NCBI GenBank assembly: GCA_050084515.1
Contig: CM114271.1
Location: 30,566,001 to 30,630,000, forward strand
Direction of reading: 5' to 3'
Source of the DNA: Blasia pusilla
Taxonomy: Eukaryota
Length of the DNA stretch: 64,000 nt
Shown here: positions 36,151 through 47,479 of the stretch, in pieces
Layout: every line of letters begins with the position of its first letter
How positions within the stretch are numbered: position 1 is the stretch's first letter
Position numbers and translations under genes: made by a program
The notes under the pieces: model-generated
Seen by the model: the letters and a program-made list of their open reading frames with translations, nothing else
Told to the model about the DNA's origin: nothing
Database searches by the model: none

Positions 36151-39100
36151 CCTATCGGCTACTAAGATGTGACAGCTTTCGTACGCATACACATCGCTAC
36201 ACAACCCACATCGCTGGTCACATCTACACATCACACAACACCGATCTTCCCAACTCACGGGTCGATCCGTCCATAAATCAAACACTCACACATATACATC
36301 GAGACCCCACAACCGCCTCCCTAGTTGGCAGTGGGGTCCCCCTAACTCCAGATAGTAAACATCTATGTACCTGACATGATCTACTATCCTATATACATCT
36401 AGCACCATTGGTGCCGTCATCCCCGCAACACTGCCACACTGCAGCAACCCGCCGTGTTGATCCCTCCAGAGAGATCTAATACACTCATACCCTACTCCAA
36501 ACATAAGCACCGCTCCACGCCTGCCTCACGAGCTCATTTGCACTCCATGCATCTCAATGCTTGTCCCCAATAATAATAAAGAAGCTCTGCACCATGGGAA
36601 GAGACATCCACCCTAGCATGTCTCTCCATGGGACTATTCGCTACGGAAATGTCCTCCGTATGTGTGCTCCTCTCCCCAAACCCTCCTGATCAGCGAACAC
36701 CACTTGTGAATGCTACCAACGTGGTCGCCGTATCCTCACGTGGTCGACCACCACTACTCCCTGCAAACAACACTGGTAGATGGCTCACCCATCCATCACC
36801 TGATCGCCACCCTGGCCGATAAGAAACCGTCTCCTCCCAAAACTCCAGAATAAAACCAAGGGGATACAACACTGTACTCCCTACCAACACATCATACGAC
36901 TCTGCCGATGTCGTAATCGCCCGAGTGCGCACCATTGCACTATCCAACTCATGCTTTGGCTGGAGTCTAACCACCAACTCCTATTGAGTTGTGTATTGCG
37001 TGGGTGATACACCTCCAATAGAAGTATGTATCTGAAAGGGACAATGCTCAATGTTGCCTTTCCGTAACCGCAACGCCAAACACGCCACCTTCCCTAGGCC
37101 TAACATCAAGGGTTGCGCTCCTGAATCAAGTAGGAAGCCTTACGGGTGGTACACCCTACATGTAGGACTAACCAAGCAAAACACTCATGCTCGGTTATCC
37201 AACAACACCATACCAGGTGTGATCATGGCTCGCTCTATGGACAGTCGAATTGGCATATCTACCAACTTTGCCACCGCCGTATGCCATGTCTCAGTGGAGG
37301 ACGTCCAGAGTACCTGCTCCGAGGGTAAGTCCACCACCTCCTCAACAACCTCTGAACGAGAGGCAATCACCTTTCCATGCTCGCACAACGTGGCAGCCAA
37401 CCGGAACACCTAAGTTGGTCGAACTCCCAACGTCGCCAACTCTATGGCGGAAAATAGCGGAGCTTGGCTCACCCTGGTGGCCACCTCCAACACGTAGTCG
37501 ACATTGACTCCACTCGAGCCGGCATAGGAGCTGTCACTCCAACTTCTCGTGACGTCGACGCACCTGCCTGATTTGTAGGCACCGCTGGTCGTCGAGGCGT
37601 CATCAATGATATGTGTAGTGCCTCGAACAATGTGAATGATTGTGGAACCCTGGCCTGCCGCCCTTTTGTCCCCTCATGTGGGTCAATCTCAACCCCACCT
37701 CTCAATGGCTTGGTTACTCTCGCAGCACTCCGAGCCACCACCCCAGCAGCCTCAACCTGAGCCGCACTACAGATAAATCCCATCCCCGTAGAATCCTCAC
37801 TAGCATTGTGGTAAGATGTGGAGGCTGGCGCCACACTAGCTACTCTCAGCTCCAAACCTGCCTATAGGTGCATCATTGTCATGGAAAAAATCCTCTGCTC
37901 CAATTGATCAATGCGCGTAAGGAGCGCTGCATCGGGTGTATGTCCTCCATCTCTTATGGATAGTGATGGCACTTTACCACCATGATCATCAACTCCTTGA
38001 TCTCCACCAACTCTCTCGCCTCCAGACCCTCTACCTACCTCTAGACGTACCCCTCGGCAAAGATCAAAACACGTATCCCTAGTGTGACCATATCGATGAC
38101 AATGATCACACTGTAACTAAGGCGGGGCCATCCTCTGTGGCTCTTGAGCAATTGGAGGTGCATGTGGCCCTCTCCCATACTGTGGGCAGTCCCTCTTCCT
38201 ATGTGGCCCACCACACGTCCAACAAGCCAACCCTGGTTTGTGCTGGGAAACATATGTCGGTACGGGCTGTTGCCTCATTTTCTCTCGACACCCGCCTTGA
38301 TCTCTAGGCTACCCCTCGGGCTACCCGGCCCGCTCCCGTGGTAGTGGTGCATGTTGGGGTACCTGTGGGTCTATTCTTACTCGTCGACGCGTCGAATTCC
38401 GCAAAAATATCGTGGTCACCACATGCTCCTCACTCATGTTGAGCTCTGCTTGCTCAAACAACTTGAAGACCACCTTCAATGTGAGCTTCGCCGTGTGAAG
38501 CAACATCGCATCCCAAACTCTCCTACATAGCTCCTCGTCCAACACTTCGTACCAATACTGTATTGATTACATCTCATTCACCCCATATGTTGCAATGATC
38601 AATCTTCGCATGCGCGTGAATGCCTCTCTCAAGCTCTCACCTGATCGTCGTTGAAAATCCTGTAGACTCTTCAGCTTGTCGGTGCGTACGCCCTGGTAGC
38701 TCTTCCCCAACTGTCGGAAGTATTGAAGATTGAGTTACAGTCAAGCTCATGAGATACCTAAACTGCTACATTTGGTACTCACACGAAGTAGGGAAGTTTA
38801 ATCTTGGTTAGTCAGTTAAGCGCGATTATCTTAACTAGGGTTAGTTAATCACAGTTAGTCTAACTCAAGACTATGGTTAAGGTTAGGGTTAGGGTTGCTT
38901 GTACATACCCTATATAATTGAGAAGGGGATCAGCCTCCACTCATTCTCTCATTACAAATGTCGTTCTCCATGGTGGTGTGTGAGTGTGAGAACCGTTTCC
39001 CACCAATTATGCTTCTTTAGCAGACATCGATCTCTACTGAATAAAATGATCGGAACTCCATGTAATCATCCATCAGAGGACCCTCCAAGTGCTAGAACAA

Positions 39101-39187
39101 ACCCTTCCATGCCATGAAAGGGTTGAACTGTGTCAGAGTGCGCATCTCTTGGAAGTTGCACCACGTGTCAAACTTATGGATGAAGTC

Positions 39188-39797
39188 ATCCTCGATTGGA
39201 ACTATAGTTCTAAATGGCATGCTCATAACATTCCTACATTTGAGACAAATATAGAATCAAAACCTAAGTTCTGAGTGTGTCCCAAACTGCCACGCCCGCT
39301 GAACATTATTTGGATCCATATTCAGTCTAAGTCCAATTTCGGCCGTAAAAGGCGTTTGTTAAAAGGAATTCCCCATCCTCGATTGGAATTTTAGTTTTGA
39401 ATGGCATGCTCCTAACATCCTATGTCTGAAACAAATATAGAATCGGAACCTAAGTTTTGATTGTGTCTGAAACTGCCGTGCCCGTTGAACATCATTTGGA
39501 GCCATACTTAGTCTAAGTCCGATTGGATCCTAAGATCCAATTCTAGCCGTAGAAAGCGTCCGATAAAGGGAAATCCCCATCATGGATTGGAAATATAGTT
39601 TCAAATGGCATGCTCCTAAGATCCCTATGTGTTCAAAAAATGTAGAATCAGAACCTAAGTTCTATATTGTGTCCCAAACTGCCGCGCCCGCTGAAAGTCA
39701 TTTGGAGCCATACTTGGTCTAAGTCCAATTGGATCCTAAGATCCAATTCTAGCCATAGAAGGCGTCCAATAAAGGGAAATCCCCATCCTTGATTGAA
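39188..39797. repeat. Three units of the 205-bp tandem repeat (reverse orientation relative to 1-900) inserted in the gag of copy Y
   Basis: CATCCTCGATTGGAA-like unit starts near 39188, 39374, 39578 and 39784; reverse complement of the array at the window start. Confidence 0.9.
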
Positions 39798-42109
39798 ATT
39801 GTTGTCCCGAATAGCCCTGAATTGGCTCCATAGATCCCAATAGGTTGGGAACGCCCATTGCACCCTAGAAACGACGTATGCCCCGATGGCTCATGTCATC
39901 CATGTCTTGCCAAGTGACACCTCCTCCGTCTGCAATCTTGTCACCAGACCCGTTGTCTAGTGATGATGATCTAGCTACGGATGGAAGTCGAGGTGGCTCC
40001 TTGCTCGTAATCCCTCGATATCTCACTCCACTCCGTGTCACACCACCACCACTGCTCAAACTACCCTGCTCTTCCCAACCCTGGAGGAACGTGGTGATGA
40101 TAACCCGATCTCACTCGTTCAAACACTCAGACTCACCAAGAGTCTCATGCACTCCTCACTAGCTCACCTATGCTAATAGTAATCCCGTGATGACACACCC
40201 GGCCTCACGCACACTCAACACTCGGGCTCACCCTAAGCCTCCCGACTCACATAAGCTAAGGCTAATACCGCGAGAACACATCCGGCCTCATGTACACTCA
40301 ACACTCGGGCTAACCCTGAGCCTCCCGACTCATATCAGCTACCTGCCCCCTTGCATCTTTCTCATGTAAAAATAAGAGTAAAAACGGCACACCCGGCCTA
40401 AAATTCCAGTCCTCAATCTACATTGGCATATCGAGCCTAGTCCATCCTGTGCTATCAAGGAATCTGGACGCTAGCACCTTGGTCCTATCTCACACACGAA
40501 CAAGAGAGGTGCTCCAATGTCGCAGCGATGGCCCAACATGAGAAACATGGCTTGAGAAATCCATATTCCTCCCTTATATGGGTGTAGGAAGAGCCAAAAG
40601 GCTCTTGCCCTATAAATAGCAACCCCTTGGTAACCTGCTCGTACATGTTACCAAGGGCGGGTGACGTGCTGAACAAGTCATCCGACTGTGAAAGACCCCA
40701 ACAAGAAAGTCGTTAGAAACGACGTTCCTGACAGAATGGACCTATCCTCAACCTCATCCAACACCTCGGGACGAAGCTACACTCAAAACAGTCTAATGGC
40801 TCTCTATGCCATGGCTACTAAGACGTGACAAACTTCTAGTGTATGGATGTGGCACATTTGGTATTCTCAACACATAGTGCAACTACCGATTAGATTGAAA
40901 TGAATGGAAGTAGTTTTCTTTTTGGTACTAATATGATATTTTTGGGTGTTCATGATGATTGAATGAAAGCGTTCATACGAAGTGATTTTATTATTATCAC
41001 TTGGCCTTGATCCGTGGACAATGCTAAGAATTAAGGGCTTTCCAAAGTTGTTTTGTGATTGTAATTTTGGTCCGAACTTTGTGATTATGTCTTTACAAGT
41101 GTACAGAAATCATGTGAGTATTATGCGAGTTTATAGCTAGTCTAGAATGAGCCAAACCCAAATTGCAAGTACATTTTTTTTGCAAGTTAAGTTGTTTGCA
41201 AGTGTCACGTCCTTTAGGATAGATCGGTGAGATCTAGTAGAGCGTCTTCAAGAGTAGTGGAGGACACGCCTAGGAGGTCGAGGATGACGTGTTGAGGCCC
41301 GGGAAACTTGAGAGAGCAGGTTTCCCCTTCGTTTTGGCTCATTTGGAGCCATATTGGGGAACTTACTATTTTAGGTAAGTACCATTTTGAATATATGATC
41401 AACTTTCTATTTTTGGTAAGTGGCCCTTGACCTCCTACATCAGGTCAAGAGCCAAGGAGGTGACTTGGGAGAATAGGTTACCATGGAGAGAGCTTGGGAG
41501 AGGGGAGGGGTACATATCCCAAGGAGAGAGATCTTACTTTACAAAGAGAGAATGAGAGAATGAGAGAGTGAGAGAGCTTCATGGGGGAGCTCGCTGGTCA
41601 CTCGATGTTTTTGCAGGTTGGGGACCGTGTTCCCTGTTCAACGGCTCATGGGAGTGCTCATCGGAGCAAGGGTTGCTTGGATTGTTCTTTGCATTTGCCA
41701 ATTTTTCGTGTGGAAGAGTGGCGCGCGGAAGCGCTGCCCAGTTTCTTATAGGGATTGAGTATGGGGGCGGGTTGCCCCATGCCGGTGCTTTCGGGAGCAC
41801 CATATTGCTTGCTGATTTGCATTTTTACAGGTTTTATATTTTTGTTGGGAGGTATCAGCACGGAAGTGCTGCCGAATTCTGTGTAGGAGAAGGAGACATT
41901 GGGCTTTACGATAGTCCCTGTCAGTTTTTACTGGAATGTCCGATTCTAAATATTTTTTGATGTTGGCGTAGATCGTGAAACTGTGCACGCTGTGCAATAA
42001 ATAGTGCACAATTTGGAGTTGTGAGAAAAAAATTTATGATCAATCTTGCAAAACTGCCATTGCTAGGCGATTTTTAGGGTTTAATTGTGCAAACCCTAAA
42101 CCAAACGCC

Positions 42110-42270
42110 ACACCGGCGGCGGCTGTCGCCGTCATAGTCACCGTCACTGTCAACGGTCAACCATCACCGTCAATGGTCAACCGTCACCATCAATGGTCAA
42201 CCGTCACCGTCAACGTTCGGCCGTCATCATCAACGGTCAACCGTCATCATCAATGGTCCACCGTCCGTTG
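42110..42270. repeat. Degenerate ~20-bp minisatellite (CCGTCACCGTCAATGGTCAA-like) in the 5' region of the retrotransposon
   Basis: Repeated CCGTCA..(G/A)TCAA(C/T)GGTCAA units. Confidence 0.75.
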
Positions 42271-43440
42271 TCCATCCTTAGTTGCCATTGCCGACATTAC
42301 GGAGTGGAGGGTCTTCCACAACGTTCGTTGATTCTCGAACTTGCGTCGCCATCACGTCCTTTGTTTTGGCCGCCACCGTCATCAACCTGTGATGGCATAT
42401 GACCTCCTGTTATAGTGTTTGAGTTTTGATTTCATGCTGCTATGTTGTGATTGGTAGCCGCTCAACGACGATCGGGTACCGTGCCGTGACGCCCGTAGCC
42501 GCAACGCGCCGCCGATTGCCGCGTCGTGCTGCTTGTGGCCGCACCGCACCGTCTCGATCGCGGAACCGCTCCGGCATTGTGGAGCACAGTGTGGGTTTAT
42601 TGTTGATTGAGGAGGGTATGCCGCCGAGTGCCGCATCCCATCATGGAGGGCCGTGCCGTTCGTAGCCGTTCCGTGCCGCCTGCAACGCCACACCGTTCCA
42701 CTGGAACCGCACCGTCTATCGAGGAGTTTTGAGCAACGTCAGTACGGGAGGAGTATGACTTGCTGATTGGAGGAGTTGTCTCCATGATCGAGTTGGGGTC
42801 GAGATTTGCAGTTGCTGAGGAGCGACATTGACAGGTGTTCAGGTTACCAATTCTGGTCCTTTACCCTACACATGTGAGGGATTCTGGGATTTGGATAGTT
42901 TATTTGGGGATACTGGGTGTGTGGATGCTGAGAGCATCATTTATGTATGTGGTTTAGGGGACATAGACCTGTGTGGGATGTCCGGAGTTGAGGGTAGGTT
43001 ATCGATGAAATGATAACATGGTCGATTTGCCCTACCACGCCGCTTATTGCCGCACGTTACATGTCTCGGGGAGGGAGAGTGTAGATCGAGTGCCGCATGT
43101 TTGGGATGAGTGATTGAGGGATTACTCGCGAGGCAAGAGTGATCGGGTGAGAAGGGCACGAGGGTCATCACGGCGTCCGTTCGGGACTTTGAGAGGCGAG
43201 GTGGTGAACCCGAGAGTAGCTCTAGAGGTTTTACGCGGAGTGGCGTGAGGTTCCGAGGGTCTTCACTTCAGGGACCACCTCGACCTCTTCGTGTCATCGT
43301 CGGATGAGGGGAGGGTGTAGAGGAGTTTGTGAGCACATCGCCACACATTGTGAGTGGTCCTACCAATTGGGGCGTTTGAGATGGACACCGGGGTAGACGC
43401 GGCAGCGGTGTAGGTTTTCAGTGCGAGAGGTGCGATTGAG

Positions 43441-44796
43441 TTGCACGATTTCATAGCAGAGTTTAGAAGTTGGTGCGACTCCCAGCGGGCCATGAACTCT
43501 AGAGAGTTCAACCCGTTTACAACATGGAACGGTATGTTCCAGCATTTAGAGGGGGCACCCATGGACGATTACCATGAGTTCTCCCATAGATATGCCCAGG
43601 AGATTGAGGCATGGCAACTCTACTACGACCCCCACTATGTGTCATGGACGGAGCCGTTCCCAGATGAGGAGGAGTCAAGAGAGGCTACTTCCTCTTCCAC
43701 TAGTGATGTTTTAGGAGGGGTCACTCGCACTGGAGCAGTTGCACCGTCTAGTCGCGTTCGACCCAGGTTCAACCCCGTGGTTGAGTTCTTTGCTGAGTTG
43801 AGGGCGAGCTACCAGGGGGTACGGACGGAAAAGTTGCGGAGCATCCACATCTTCCAGAGGCGCCCGGGTGAGAGTTTACGTGAGGCTTACACTCGCTTGC
43901 GCCGGTTGATCAACGTCACTCAGGGGGTGACAAAGGCTCAGGCTATCCAGTCATGGTACGCGATGCTGGACCAGACCCTGCGGCTACGGGTGCGGGAGGG
44001 GGTGCTTCTTATGAACACCTCCCCTACGTTGAGAGATGTTTTTAGGACCGCCGAGAACATTGAGCGCAATATGGCGGAGGAGAGCGTAGCCACCATGGGT
44101 TCTGGGCGAGAGCAATCGCGATTGGCTGCACCACTTGTGCAGCAACGTGGACTCCGAGATAGGTCAAGTGTGGCACCACAAGCTCAGGGAGGATACCTGG
44201 AGCCCGTGGCACAGAGACCTACGCCTTCATATGCAGCTCCACAACAGCCGCCTACTATTACTTGTTGGTCATGTGGTGGAGCCGATCATTAGCGCCATTG
44301 CACTCGTCATGGTCATGGACGTGCGCCTCAACGTGGAGGAGGAGGTGCTGCTGCACCAGGAGGTTATCAATGTGACAATTGTCAGAGGTATGGTCATACA
44401 CGCGCTAGGTGTTTTAGTTTACATCCTGAGTTACGTATGGACCGAGAGCCAGAGAGGGCACCAGGGCGAGTAGCCGGTCCGGGTGAGCCTAGAGATCGTG
44501 CACCAAGTGGTCCCGTTGGGGGACGAGGAGCTGGAGTTGCCCGACAGGGTGGTGGAGATGCCCGTGGAGGAGGTAGAGTACTACCACCTAGACGCGCCCA
44601 AGGAGATGTCGGACGTGAGGCTAGGATGGCTGCTCAGATAGAGCAGCTACAGGAGCAGATTGCCGCTATGGCATTGAGGTTACTAGATGTTGGATCTATG
44701 ACATCGACATCATATGGAGCAGCCAGAGATCTAGAGGATCTTGGTTGGATGTGCGGGGTTGCCCAGATGGAGGCCGCCGCAGTTGTGACGCATTGA
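43441..44796 (+). pseudogene. gag: Retrotransposon gag with two zinc knuckles
   Basis: FQRRPGESLREAYTRLRRL (gag-type Q..GES motif). CWSCGGADH*RHC and, in the same frame past the TAG at 44290, CDNCQRYGHTRARC (CX2CX4HX4C, 44371-44412). Confidence 0.88.
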
Positions 44797-45299
44797 GGAG
44801 CCGCAAAGTTGGATCCACAACGAGGGGAAGCCAAGAAACAGACTAGGCTTCCTTAGTCTTTCACGTTGTCTAAGGCGATGAGGACCCCATTGATGGGTCC
44901 TGATCAGAGTCCTTGGAGAGCTAGTGATGTTGTTGGTGTGCAAGCACGAAGGGCAATGGGAGAAGCAAGTACAACGACTCTTATTGTTGATGCTCAGGAG
45001 GGGCATGTGTCGAGCACGTTGTTGGGGGCGGCTACCGGTGTGTACCGCACTCCTTTATTTTCTGCTTCCGATGTTATGACGTTGGGGGGTACGCCCGCCG
45101 AGGCTTTTCGGCTGGCCGCTTCACTATGTGAGCGCACAGTTGGAGTTCCTGCATCACGTTCAGAGGTGATTGCAGAGGAGGTGATGGACCTACCCTTGGA
45201 GGGGATGCTCGGGCCGTCCACGTCAGATGCATGGCAGGCTGCGGCTGCTAGGATGGCAGAGATGCCCGCTAGACCCGCGATAGAGCGTGCCATGGCTTC

Positions 45300-45750
45300 T
45301 CTTAGTGTTGTGTTGTTGGATAACCGAGGAGAGGTATTCCAATTGGTGAGTCTCGGAGGTAGAGCTTTTCGTCCGCAGCGCGTCTTGTTGGATTCAGGAG
45401 CGCAACCCCTGATGTTGGGGAAGGCGTCATGCAGAGGATTGGGCTTGACGAGAGCCGATGTGGAGTGTTGTCCATTCCGGATACAAACATCCTTAGGTGG
45501 AGCGAGTACCACATAGTATATCACCCGACAGGAGGTCGTGGTGAGAATTCTCCCGGGACATCCTACAGATGAGTCCGTGGTGCGAGCCAAGGCGATAGTG
45601 ATTGATGCAGAGTCCTACGACGTCTTGGTTGGTGGAGTAGTGTTATATCCGATGGGGTTTGCCCTGGATTATTGGGAGGAGTCAGCGTCCTATAGACCAG
45701 GATGGCATTCAGGTGATGGGCGTCTTAGTTCATTACCCGTTCGATTCATA
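45300..45750 (+). pseudogene. Retroviral-type aspartic protease domain
   Basis: RVLLDSGAQPLMLG (DSG at 45391) and downstream SYDVLVGGVVL; in-frame TAG at 45514. Confidence 0.85.
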
Positions 45751-46104
45751 GGTGCAGTGATCGAGCAACGGCCAGGAGAGATGGCGACCTTAGCAGCATT
45801 TAGCAGTGCCATCACTTGGCCTAGTGATTTGATTGAGGGACATGTCCTTGCAGAGGATACTCCCGTTCCTGACATTTCTATGGAGAGGAGTGTTATGGTA
45901 GTTGCATCATTCCGTGGAGGAGAGGTGCCGCTATGGGGCTTGACTGAGAAGCTTCGACGATTGGCACATGAGAACGTGCAGACCGTGTGGAGCGAGGTGT
46001 TTGCACCGGAGCGGGATGGGTCTGAGGAACCCGAGGTAGGAGGGAGTGCTACGATGACACCCTTAGATACCACACCCATTGTGTGGTGTATCCCGGAGGA
46101 GGGT

Positions 46105-47050
46105 ATTCAAGTGTTAGATCTCTTTGGAGGGATTAGCACCGGGTTAGCTGCTGTTTTGCAGGCAGGAGTGCGAGTACAGCAGTACCTGTATGTGGAGAGT
46201 GATGATATTGAGACGCGCGTCTTACTACGATATATGGCGCAATTATGCCTCTGTTTTCCCGACTTATTGTCTGCGTCCGCGGTACAGGGATACCAGAGTT
46301 CCCTACCGAGGGATATTTCCTTGTTGGGGGCCTAGGACTTAGAGCGGGTAGGGACCATTGATTTGGTCATTGCGGGTTGGCCATGTCAGGGCCAACCGAG
46401 AGTTGGACGAGGTAGCGGGTTGGCTGACACTCGGTCTAGATTGTTTTGGGAGATGTTGAGGGTCTTACGGTAGTTGCAAGAGCACCAGTCTCGTTCTCCA
46501 ACCTACATTTTGGAGAATGTGCCGATCTTAGGAGACTCGAGGTCACGGATGGTGACGAGTGCTCATCAGGTGCGTCCCTGGATCGGCCCAGCATTGTTCT
46601 TGGATGTGGCGAGTGTAGGTTCTAGAGTCCATCGCCCGCGTCTATGGTGGACCAACTTGGTGCCCCTTGCGGTGTTACGGAGGGCGTATGCAAGAGTGGA
46701 GTGCCCTCCCATTTGTTAGTGGATTCCATTCTAGATCCAGGTCGTCCATCACAAGCAGTGAGGCACGATGATCGACCACCGCTGACTGTGGTCAACAAGG
46801 TAGGCAAGCCGCGGGCAGCCTTTCCCACGTTTGTGAGTTTTCCCGCTTCCTATGCATACAAGGAGGCCGGTCCTGGCTTGGTTTGGGATGACCAGGTTCA
46901 GGGGTTGGTGGAGCCCAATGGAAACCAGAGAGAGCGGGCGATGGGATTTCCCACATGAGTGACGGCAGTCCCGTCAGTATCAAAGGCATCACGACGCCAT
47001 ATCTTGGGTCAGGCGATGGACCTGAACTGCTTGATATGGATCTTCAGCTT
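46105..47050 (+). pseudogene. DNA (cytosine-5)-methyltransferase domain embedded in the retrotransposon polyprotein
   Basis: Motif I VLDLFGGISTG (46111); motif II-like YLYVESD; III-like RDISLL; motif IV IDLVIAGWPCQG (PC at 46381-46386); V-like DTRSRLFWE; motif VI YILENV (46513); motif VIII HRPRLWWTN (46633); motif IX RERAMGFP (about 46929); motif X RRHILGQAMD (about 46992). Stops at 46333, 46471 and 46956, and a frameshift near 46710. Confidence 0.92.
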
Positions 47051-47479
47051 GGGAGTGGTTGAGCAGCGTCGAATGAGATCGCGACAGATCACAGCGGTTG
47101 CGTTGGTGAGCCCCATGCCTATCGAGACGGTGGAGGCAGTGGCTGGGGGCGAGACCCGAGGAGATTGACACACCAGGGGAGATCGGGAGAGACACCCTTG
47201 GACTTCTTGGGATGTTTTGCGGGTACGCCAGGAGATGATAGCCACAACATCGAGCGTGGTTCCGAGCACTGCATGTGGAGGAGATCAGAGTTTGCAGTTG
47301 GCTGCACAAGAGCAGCTGAGCATTGTTGTTCGAGATGGGGTTGCACCATAGCAACCACCGATACTCGCGCCAGAGAGTCCTACCGTAGTCTCGATGGAGA
47401 CTTGGGAGCCAGATATGGGCCCTAAGTTGACAGGAGGGGAGCGGCACCGGATACATTAATTCCTCACGAGTTATAGGAG

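Larger units (their letters stand above)
35322..40830 (-). mobile_element. Internally deleted (non-autonomous) Ty3/Gypsy relative (copy Y) with nested insertions
   Basis: Termini are TGTCAC (40830, minus strand) and CACGACA (35322); flanks AATT/AACT fit a 4-bp TSD with one transition. Internally: gag (CWTCGGPHRKRDC knuckle), protease (LLDSGAQPLMLG near 37100-37135), SYDVLVGSTVLYPLGF, and a methyltransferase motif I stub VLDLSGGINT near 36455-36484. No RT, RNase H or integrase core. Confidence 0.85.

Noticed and set aside
38724-39015. Possible solo LTR of another family or telomeric seed (GGTTAGGGTTAGGGTT) within the copy Y gag
   Set aside because: It is an interruption with a TATA-like box, but I could not define TG...CA ends or a TSD, and only two telomere-like units are present.
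42452-42470. TGGTAGCCGCTC as a tRNA primer-binding site
   Set aside because: It does not follow a recognisable LTR end, and I cannot match it to a tRNA 3' end.
44290-44292. Programmed stop-codon readthrough between gag and pol
   Set aside because: The TAG lies inside a zinc knuckle and is one of many similar stops, so decay is the simpler explanation.
44994-46079. Minus-strand ORFs of 198 and 129 aa
   Set aside because: Antisense shadows of the GC-rich retrotransposon polyprotein.
46105-47050. Methyltransferase as a host DRM/CMT/MET1 gene or bacterial contamination
   Set aside because: It is intronless, in frame with the protease, inside the TSD-bounded element, decayed like the rest of pol, present as a stub in sister copies, and flanked by intron-containing plant genes.
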